From assembly GCA_964247055.1 (NCBI GenBank), contig OZ176050.1, forward strand, positions 5,270,001-5,334,000: DNA of 64,000 nt. The letters run 5' to 3'. Shown piece after piece: positions 37,819-64,000 of this stretch. The translations under genes were made by a program, and so were the position numbers. The notes under the pieces were generated by a model, which worked only from the letters and a program-made list of their open reading frames with translations, had not been told where the DNA came from and searched no databases. The stretch comes from Paragordius varius. Lineage: Eukaryota; Animalia; Nematomorpha. Position 1 is the first letter of the stretch. Each line of letters starts with the position of its first letter.

Positions 37819-38363
37819 CACTTCGATTCATGGGCTATCTAAATACCCCATAAATTTGAGTTAGGATTTTCAAAAACTGAAGAAAACGGTTCCAATTAAA
37901 ATTTATGCTATCCTAATAAAAATCATATAAATATGACAAAATATCTAAATAAAATTTTGTTTTGAAAAAAGTTCCATGTCAAACTACTTCGACGCCATTT
38001 TTATTTTACAAATTTTTTGTAAAATATCGTTTTCATTTAATTTTAAGGGTAATATTAAAGCTAATTTTTTTTAAATTACATCTAACATTGATAGAAATAG
38101 AAAAAGCGGTTTATTTTGTATTATTTTTCAATTTTACCATTGCACACATGTCACCTTGACTAAAATTTTACCTTTCGGTTTTAGCTTAAAATTATCAACT
38201 ATTTTTGAATATTATTTTTTTATTAATGTTATATAAGTGCAAAATTTGCCATGGTTTAGATTCCTGCCATATTTTTAAAAGAATTTAATTTTAAACAGGC
38301 ATGGGGTATTTAACTACTCCAATTTGAATCGAAGGACTTAAATAAATGTGTTGTATCCAAGTG
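37819..38363 (+). mobile_element. MITE family A copy 73 bp upstream of the LCLAT1 ATG
   Basis: CACTTCGATTC ... GTGTTGTATCCAAGTG|TTAA; the left flank is GCAT, so the TSD is not intact. Confidence 0.85.
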
Positions 38364-38422
38364 TTAAGTATACGTAATTTTCCTGTAGCTGTCCTGCCAG
38401 GCGTCTTAGCTATTAATTTCTT

Positions 38423-38426
<4 letters not shown>

Positions 38427-38462
<36 letters not shown>
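38427..38462. repeat. (TA)n microsatellite
   Basis: Pure TA run; another at ~45775-45802 in a KIF21 intron. Confidence 0.9.
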
Positions 38463-38473
<11 letters not shown>

Positions 38474-41400
38474 TATGTAGATATTCTATTTTTATCGGCT
38501 TTATCAAATACATTAGTTCTAAACGAGTTAATATACGTTATATATTGGCAATATATTGTTCTTATTCATTTAATAAAGTATGTTTATTATTTTCCGAGCG
38601 TAACTAAGTCGTTTTTATTGATTAATCCCTCTCTTTTACGAAAGGTTTTTTAAACTATTGGTCTCTAACTTTTATTTTATACAAATTCGTCTAATTTTAC
38701 TATACCCTATGTGGGATGGTTTCTAAAAATAGATTAGCCTTTAAGCAATTTTTAGACGTTTAGACATTATTTAAAAAGTTTTTTTAAAAATGGAATATAC
38801 AAGAAACCCTCACTTCATCCCCATCTCTCTGTAAGTTGGGTTTTTGAATAAAAATGGCTACTAAAGCATTTTTTGGATAACGTGTACGAATATTTGGAAT
38901 CAATTATTTTCTTATAGGTTTGACTTGAAATAAATGAATGTTTGATAAAAATAGAGCATTTATTTTAAACTTTGTAGAAAATGAATCTTTTAATAAAAAA
39001 TCTGAGGGATAGAAATGTTTGGCATCATTATATTAAAAAGTTATTTTTATAATACCGTGTTATAATACCATTTCCACAATACTTCAAAATACTATAATAC
39101 TAGCCTTACCAAAATTTTACTATAAATCAACACTTCCTTACCTTTTTGTCTTTTACACATTAGGGTAGTATAATATCCCCGAGTTCAATTTTGTAAATAA
39201 ACTACAGTTTTGAAAGTTATTTTGGATAAAAATTAATTTAACATAATTCACAAGCATTAGGTAAGAATATTTTACAGTTTTATGATATGTAGAGTATAAA
39301 ATTGGGAAAACAACATTGTAGGATTGAAACGAACAGCCGATATTAAAATGAAATCATGTTTTTGATGATCAAATGCAGCATGAAAGCTTTTTAACGCTAA
39401 TATTTACATTTTCTAACCATAAGACAATTATTTGCCTGCTGCATTAGCGATTTAAAAAATTTAAAGAAAAAAATCGCGGCAAAAAGTTTGGGATGAGGAT
39501 TTTTTTACAATTTACATTTCTTAAAAAAGTTTTGTATAATCCGTATATAAAAGACTAAAGAAGGCATATTTTTAATTGGCTAAATACCTTTTTTTAGATA
39601 TTAATTTCAAATAGCTCTGGGATAGAAAACTACCCCAAAAAATAATTTAGTATTAAATCTTTAGGCAAAAAATTTAATTTTTCGAAAAATAAAACTTTTT
39701 TGACGACAAAATTTAGCATTTATTCAAGATTTATGTCGTCGGCATTTAGGCTTTTACTTCAAGAAAAATGCCCATTTTCGAAGGGTCCAAAAATTTAAGA
39801 TTTACGGAACCCTTATCTAAATATATTTAAGTGTATTTTTTAGAATGAAGCATTTAGCTTTCACCAAAACAATTTATTTGGTATTTGCCAAGTTTTGCCA
39901 TTTTCTTTTATGGAGCAAATACCACACAAGTGGTAACAACCTTACTATCGTACCCAAACCCAAAAGGACCATATTATCCCGATATTTTTTTACGTCAGGA
40001 TATTTTTTGTACAGTCTGTTATACACTAAGGGTGGAGATATTTTTTTGAATTAGCTCCATATGAACAAACATTGATGAGGCACGTTTCAGATATATGTGC
40101 AGGCCCATTCGATTTCAATAATGGGTTTATATTTCATAGCGCCGAGATTGACTGAGCTATTAAGTTTGCCCCTAATTTTAGCGCCACCCCAATAAAAATC
40201 GAGTTTCCAGACATATGGCTTACCCATTTCCCGGAAAACTTGTATACCCATATAAATTTGATAATGGATTTTTTACGATGCGTCGAGGGTGATAGCCCGT
40301 AGTTTGCAAAAAATCTCTCATTAAAAAATTTAAAGGCAATATTTACGCTAACCTACGAGGGCATGATGCTAAAATGATTCTGCTTATTTTTTAAAGGCAG
40401 GGATTATTTCTAGCGCAATATTTAATTAGCTTCTGGATAAGGGCTTTAAAATACGCCTCGAAATAAATATATGTGTAAAAACATTTTGGGATTCGCCTTA
40501 TTTTAATACTTTCCCTTTATGAAGCAATTATAGCTTTTGGATTAGGCATAGAAAAGGCATGCATACAATATAATAAATTAACACTTTTGACCGATTTTTT
40601 GTAAAACAAAATATTTAAATAAGAATAAAAGTATATAAAAAACTCAAATAAGGGACAGTTTTAATATGATCGTTTTGTGTAACAACAAATATTTTATCTA
40701 CGCTTCTAAAGTTTGTCCAAATTTTATTAAACCGATTAATAATTATTTTTCGTTCAGACTAAGGCACAACGACACGTTAGAGGGTCACCTGGTTGATTAA
40801 TATATAAAAGCAAAACAATTTTTTATTAACTTTTAATAATTAGATATGAGTTTCAAAAGTCATTAAATTTCAACCTCTTTAAAATGGGTTAATTGCCTTA
40901 AAAGCAGTAAAATGGGGAGATTGCGCATAATAAGTTTTAAAAGTTATTTTTATAAAGGTTTATTGTTCACCCAATATCATAATAGCCATTTCTATTTATT
41001 TCTAATCGCTCTGGGATAGAAAACTTACCAAAACAAAGTATAAAGATAATTCATCTAATATAATTTTTACACTAAATATTTATGGGGGAATTGTTTAGCA
41101 CAGTGCTCGATGAAATTTAAAACTGGCCCAGAGAAAAATCGCAAACTTTTCCCCAAATATATTTTTTACAATGAATTTCTCATATAACATCTAAATATAA
41201 CGCTATTATTTATATATAAATTAAGGTTCAGTGCAGATAATAAATATTATCAATTTTAATAGATATAGTTGTCTACAGTGATATCTGTGAATATACAAAT
41301 AGTTCACAAAATGCGAATTCATCTATAAACTAATAAAATAAGCTTTTCTTGATTATTAATAAAGAAACCCAAATGATATAACTGACCTTTTATAATAATC

Positions 41401-41506
41401 AAAGTGCCGTCACATTACAGACATAACAAACGAAAGAACAATATGGCATTTAAAACATTTTAAGTTTGAAGGAACCAGAGAGATAAATTTAAAACATCGT
41501 AACTAA

Positions 41507-43328
41507 TCTATATATTTATAAAAATGGAAAGTGGTGGCTTTGTGATCTGTTTCCGGAAAACCGGTAGACCCATTCAAATCCAAATATCGAAAAAATATAA
41601 TCATTAATAAATGCCCCGACAATAGCTTCGCTCTTTTTTTGAATTATAGGCATCTTGGGCCCACCCAGCGTAAAAAACGTTTTTTTTTTGAAAAAAACAA
41701 GTCCACAAAAATCGTGTCTTTGAGAAAGTTTTCCCAAAAACGTGTTGGACCATTCGATTTCAAATATGATTTTTTTACATATTTTCGAATGCGCCGAACA
41801 TGATCGGCTCGATTTTTTAATTTAGGCCCTCTTTTTACTCCCCCCTCCCCGTAATATGCCACTTTTTTAAAAAATTAAGTCCACAAAAATAATTTTTTGA
41901 ATCTATCAGGCCATATGAGTTCAGCTGCTTAAAATATTACCCGTAAAAAGGCAAAAACTTGGGTTTTACGGTTTTTTAAAATTAGCCGTTAATTAGGCCC
42001 TTCACTCCCTAATAAATGCGCCACCACAGAATGATTTTTTAGTTTTGAGGCAATTTTTCCGAAAACTAATGGGAGCATATGGAATCAATCATGAATCCAT
42101 GTATTCTCCGTAAAAAGGCAAAAATTTTAATCAAGCTCTTTTTTTGTATCAGCCTCTGGGTAGGGAGCTACCCGCCTACAACTGCGCTACCATATCAAAA
42201 TTGCGTTGTTTAGGAGTTAATTTTCAGATTATTAGGCCATATAAGTATTATAAGGGCCTGAAATATTAACCGTGAAATGGCAAATATTTAAGTCGAGCGG
42301 TTTTTTAAATTAGCCGTTAATTAGGCCCTTTACGCCCTAGAAATGCGCTATCATTGAACTATTATTTAGTTTTGAAGCCATTCTTCCATAAACTATTAAG
42401 AACATATGAAGTGAATGATGATTCCAGGTATTCCCGTATTAAGGCAACTTTTTTTTATCTAACTACATTTTATATTGGCCTCTGGTTAGGGGGATACCCG
42501 CCCAAAACTGCGCCACCATATCAAAATTGCGTTGTTTTGGAACTAATTTAAAACTTATAATGAGTCGCTAAGAAAATACGCCCTGAAAAATTTACCGCCA
42601 TAGAACAATTTTTTGGTTTTGAAGCAATATTTCCAAGAACCTATAATTCCAGATATTTTCCATATAAAGACAAAAATTTTACCCGACGCTTTTTTATACC
42701 TGCCTCAGGGTGTGCCCCCCGCCAAAAACTGTGCCACTATATAGAAATTGCGTTGTTTTAGAACTAATTTAAAACTTATGCCATATGAGCTCATTTAAAG
42801 TTCGAATTTTATTAGCCGTTTTGGGACGTTTATGCCCTAAAAATAAGCCATCATATAACGATTATTTAGTGTTGAGGTATTTTTTCGAGTAACACATGAG
42901 ACGATGGTCTCAAAGATGTTTCCAAATATTTTCCCTATAAAGGCAAAAAATTTACCTTTGCGCTTTTTCCACATAGGCCTAGGGTCTACCGGTTTAAAAC
43001 TGAGACGTCATACAAAATGACGTGGCTTTAGAGCTAATTTAAAAAAAAAAAACTTAAAAAGCCATACGAGTTCAATATATACTTTAAGTTTTACCCATAA
43101 AAAGGTAAAAAGTATAGTATAGCGGTTTTTTACGTTAGTCTTTAATTTGGGGCCTTTACACCAGTAAACAATATATTAGTATGAATGCACCGTTTTGAAA
43201 ATCCTCTGAGATCATATCCATTAAATAATCCACATATATGGATTATTTTATTGTCCCTTTTTCCAAATAGCCCGCCAGAAGTCCGAAGGACTTCCTCGGG
43301 CTGCGTAGCACCACGAGATTTACGCTAG
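41507..43328 (+). mobile_element. Non-autonomous Helitron with internal degenerate tandem repeats
   Basis: A|TCTATATATTTATAAAAATG 5' end; 3' end CTAG|T preceded by hairpins (GAAGTCC-GAA-GGACTTC at 43278-43294 and a CTCG...CGAG stem). No TSD. About four internal units of ~220-330 bp. A second 5' end lies on the minus strand at 54461. Confidence 0.85.
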
Positions 43329-44030
43329 TTGCATATATAAATCAAAAAATTATTTTATATTCAAAAAGGGTTTTTTCTCTGTAAAAAAATGCTATAAAAG
43401 ATAAGTTTTAATAGATACATTGATGAGATTTATATATAAAACATAATATCCCAATTAAAAATTAAGTGATTTTTTATGGATACATAAAACAAGATTCGAT
43501 TGCTTTTAGCCTGTTGCGCAAAAATATTATGTGTACGAATTGATTTTTTTGGTATATTATGATAATAATGTCATAAATTATTTTTGTAAGAAAATTTTTT
43601 TATCCATAGTTTTAACCTTTGTCCCATTTATAATATACTAATTCATCCGAATAAACAGTATATGCAGAAACTTTATATTAATTTATGTTACATGATAGAT
43701 TCATCACAAAATAAAAAATTGGCCGGAGAGTATTTAAAAATAAATTATAAATATAACTAATATTGAACATATTATTATGGTTTATGTGAGATATTGTAAT
43801 AATGCATCTTTTTAAATTAGATTACATCTAAATAAAATAAATAATTGTGAGATTTACCAAATTTCTAGGTATTAATATATTAAAGCTAAGTGGATTATAT
43901 ATCTATAAATTTTTTGTATGACAAAAAATAAAATGTAATTTTTGCACGGAATGTTTTTCAAATTAATTGCGGTCCACGTGATCTTTAATATTGTATATTT
44001 AGTTGATTCTTAATTGTCCTGAGATATTAA

Positions 44031-60153
<16,123 letters not shown>

Positions 60154-60626
60154 TGAATGAATTAATATAGAATATTAAAAAAATCCCTGAATATATGCAT
60201 AATAGATGAGTGAGATCAAATTTCTTAAATATATAAAGATCAAAAAGTAGAACACACTGGGGTATGCTTAACGATGTATCATAAGATTTGCCGAATTATG
60301 TAAAAACACATGCGTATGGTATGGTTTTCAACATATTTAGGGTTATATTATTATTTATAGTCAAAATTGAATCGTAAGTAATCAAATTTATTCTAAGTAT
60401 AATAAATTTTTGTAATGTTAAATTTGCCAGCTTTTTGGCTATAAAAATGTTCTTAAATTGGGGAGTTTGTATAGAGAATTTTTTGCTATTTTACATCTTA
60501 TAAATATAATTTTGTTCACATCTCAAAAAAATGTCCCAAAGTCATGTAATTTTGAGAGGCATTATGAGGATTCTCATGGTTCTTTTGGTATTTGGACTCT
60601 ACAAGCGAAATAAAAAAGCTATTACC

Positions 60627-61543
60627 CAGGGTTTGGAACCGGTTCAAAAAAAGTGGAACCGGGACCGGGTCTCCTGAACAAGTGCAACCCGAACGTTGGT
60701 TCGCAAGAATTTAAAAATAGAACGGGCGGTTCCTAAAATTTAGGAACCGGAACCGGAGTGGTTCCTAAACAAACTATAACCGCCTTGGTTCCTTAAAAGT
60801 AGCGCTTACGGAACCGGTTTTTTGTATTTAGAACCGGTTGCATTTTGGGTTCCTGACTTTTAATTAAATGATTTAAAAAATTATTATTATAATAATACAA
60901 TCAAAATTAAATCAATATTATGAATTGCCAAATGTATAGTTAAAGAAATATAGTGTATTACAAAATTATTAGGAAAATGTATAAGTACAAAGGTATAAAA
61001 TGAGTGTTAAATTAAGTATGGCATCTAAAAAAACTTTATTTAACTAAAAAATTATTGCACCGAGCAATTCGCTGGTCAAACTGCTTCTCAAGTCTAAAAC
61101 TAGAAGATTAAGGGTAAAAAATTCTTTCAATGGAGACTTATATATACGAACATATGTATTATAAACAAACTTAAGTTATATCTTAGTTTTTTTAGAAGAG
61201 CCGAATCCATAATTCAGAGAGTATCGCTAATATTAGCCGCTTAGTTTTAGGTTTTAAGTATATTGTAATGTGTAGTGGTACAATCAAATTTAAATGATAA
61301 AATAAAATTTTTATCATAAAAATCATATGGGAAGTAATTAAGGGGGTGGAACCGGAACCGGGTTATTTCCTGAACGGATGGAACCGGGTTGGTTCCTGAA
61401 CGGTTAGAACCGGGACCGGGTTGATTCCTAAAACCGGGGTGGTTCCCGGAGAAGTGGAACCGGGACCGCGTCGGTTCCATCCTAAAGGAACCGGTTCTTA
61501 TTAAAATCCCAGGAACCAGGTTCCGGTTCCGGTTCAAGCCCTG
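60627..61543. mobile_element. hAT MITE (917 bp) with subterminal GGAACCGG arrays
   Basis: TIRs CAGGGTTTGGAACCGG / CCGGTTCAAGCCCTG and a perfect 8-bp TSD CTATTACC; inserted in a family B copy. Related ends at 15555-15660 and ~26630-26692. Confidence 0.92.
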
Positions 61544-62089
61544 CTATTACCCTTTTTGTGGTACCTACATATATCAAAAAATGGCAAGATTTGACATTCA
61601 TATAAAAAATTTAAACTTTATTCCAAAAATATCACTAAAATATGTCATAAACATAAAAAGTATAATATTAAATTTTAATTTTAGATGTAAGTTTCAAAAA
61701 TCGCAAATTCTTTCGCTCTCCTCACACACAGTGCTCAAGTAGGCTGATGAAATGTATTTCCGAAGCAAAATGTATAAGGATTATCATGGTGCTTTTGGTT
61801 TTGGCTTTTACGAGTGATTTAAGATTATTTACGCTTTTGTGGCAAGACTCCATGTCAGAAAATAGCAAAATTTGCGCATATTTTTTTAAAAAATTTTTTA
61901 GTGAAAGCTAGAGGCCTCATTCTAAAAATATCTCTAAAATATATAACTATATGTAAATACCAAATAATATTTTCAAAAAATATTATTTTTAGATGTGTGC
62001 AAAAATACCAAATTTTATTGCCCTTCTATAATGAGCTAGTCCCTTTAACACGAATTGGATTATCTATTTACCTCAGACAATAATTAAGT

Positions 62090-62500
62090 TGATATTTTTA
62101 AAAAAATATTGAAAGAAGCGGTTTCAATTTAAATTTATGTTTCTACCCTACTAAAAATTATAGAAATAAGTAATATTTAAATAGAATTTAGTTTTGGATA
62201 ATAGTTCCGTATCAACTACTTTGAGCCATTTATATTGATTCTAATCCTAAAGTTAATGCTATTTTTTATTTAAATCACTAACACTGATATAAACAGAAAA
62301 AGTAGTTTATTTTGTATTTTTATACTTATGCACACATGGGATGTTGGTATTATATTTCGGTTCATTAATGTTATATAAGTGGAAATTTTTGCCAAGGTTT
62401 TAATCCTTATATTTTGAAATTTTAAATTTTAAACAAGCCTGGGGTATCTAACTACCTCAATTTGAATCGAAGAACTGAAATAAATGTGTTGAATCCAATG
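62090..62500 (+). mobile_element. Degenerate MITE family A copy nested in family B
   Basis: Right end AATGTGTTGAATCCAATG|TTAA; body resembles 7913-8444; left end eroded. Confidence 0.6.
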
Positions 62501-64000
62501 TTAAAAACGCAAAAATGCCGGAGTTTCGCGATAAAAATTTTAAATATGCTAAATTTTGATATCACCTAAAATTATTTTTTACAAAGTGCATAATTTAAAA
62601 ATTTTATTTTTAGCAAAATTTTGTTGAAGTGTACTCCCTATATTTTGAGACATGGTAAAAACGGTAAAAAACGCTCTAAGATAATAAAAAGACTTATTCT
62701 ACATATATTTCAATGATGCTGAATATTTCTATCACCTCAGAATTTTGATTAATTCGTTCGTTATGAAAATTATGTTAAATCAATATCGTGTTTTTTACAA
62801 AAGTTACCAAATTTTAAGCGATTAAACTTTAAATTTTTGAAGCAATAGTGTTCAGCATCGTCGAATTATATAGAAAAAGTGTTTTTATAATATTAAGCGT
62901 TTTTATCCGTATGACGCAAAATAGTATGAATTAGGCTTCAAAAAGTTTTTGTATTTTTTTGAAAAAATTTAGCTGATATCAAAATTATGCACACAATAAT
63001 TTTTATCGCGCAATTCAGGCGTTTTTGCGTATATTTTAAAAGGACTAGCTCAATTTAGAAGAGCAAAAAATTGGGGCTGTCGGAGTCTGCATCCAAAAAT
63101 TAAATTTTTTGGAAATATTGTTTCGCTTTTTATCAGAATATATGTATTTCATTAGAGGGTTTTTTGTGGACATGCCTAGATATCGACATCATTAAATTAA
63201 GTGCATACAAAAAATATTTAATGGTATATATATTCTGGTAGAAGAATGAATCAATTGTAGTGCTGGTTTTAGCCTTATGGGTGATTTAAGATATAGACTT
63301 TGATTGTAAATGATCCATATCGAAATCTCTCAAAATTTTATTCGCATTATGCCAAATAAAATTTTTTTCATGAAGGCTAAATGCTACACTCCAAAAATTA
63401 TCATTTAAAATTATTTATTTAAAATTAAAACAATATTTTTTAAAATGTTAATTTTTAGTGTCGAGAGTCTAAATTTTTGGCCCCCTCTAATATGAGCTAG
63501 CCTTCTTAAAATAAGCGCAAAAATACCGAATCACCATAAGAAACATCTGGCAAATAATGACATATAAAAAAATATTATTGAACAAAAATGCATACTTGGT
63601 TTAAAAATTTTATTTTTTAGAAAAATTTTTTCTAACAAATGCAGATGCTAAACATTTCTAAAGGTTGTTTTGCTTTTAAAAGGCATTTCATAAAAAAACA
63701 TAATTCGGGAAAGCTGTTTTGGTTCCAGTTCCAAAGATTATTTTGGATTATTAAGTATGGATTTTGTTCCGGATTTAGGTTCAGGATCCGATTAATTTTA
63801 GTTCATGCATCCGATCCGAATGTTTTTATCTTCGAAAACAATATTGGTTCTGTATGGTTGCGGCTTTTTTGTTTACGGATCAAAGGGTACTATTTCAGCT
63901 TATATAACAGTTATCCTATTTTTTGATTAAATTTGATATTACAGCCTCAAAAACATAAGCCTGTGAGCCCCTATATTAATGTTTTGTGATAAAATTTAAA

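Overview
Very AT-rich, transposon-dense eukaryotic (invertebrate animal-like) DNA; the species cannot be identified from the sequence. Host genes built by hand: a discoidin (F5/8 type C) domain gene (+, ~4.5-5.7 kb), a 152-aa multi-pass membrane protein (-, 5.9-6.5 kb), dpy-30 (+, 19.7-20.2 kb), an unrecognised multi-exon gene (+, ~28.4-34.8 kb), LCLAT1 (-, 35.9-37.7 kb) and a KIF21-type kinesin with C-terminal WD40 repeats (-, 44.0-60.2 kb). Mobile DNA includes two RTE-like LINEs (one nearly intact, with a PHD-like finger and (TA)n at both ends), an internally deleted Gypsy element, decayed hAT and mariner transposons, a non-autonomous Helitron, a foldback-like element and several MITE families. 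The main finding is a class of ultra-short GT-AG introns. Seven of 21-28 nt are required to restore conserved reading frames in three genes, and four more candidates lie in the unrecognised gene; 21 nt is the most common length. They coexist with 57-nt to kilobase introns, and none was found in KIF21. All calls were made by eye without database searches or RNA data.
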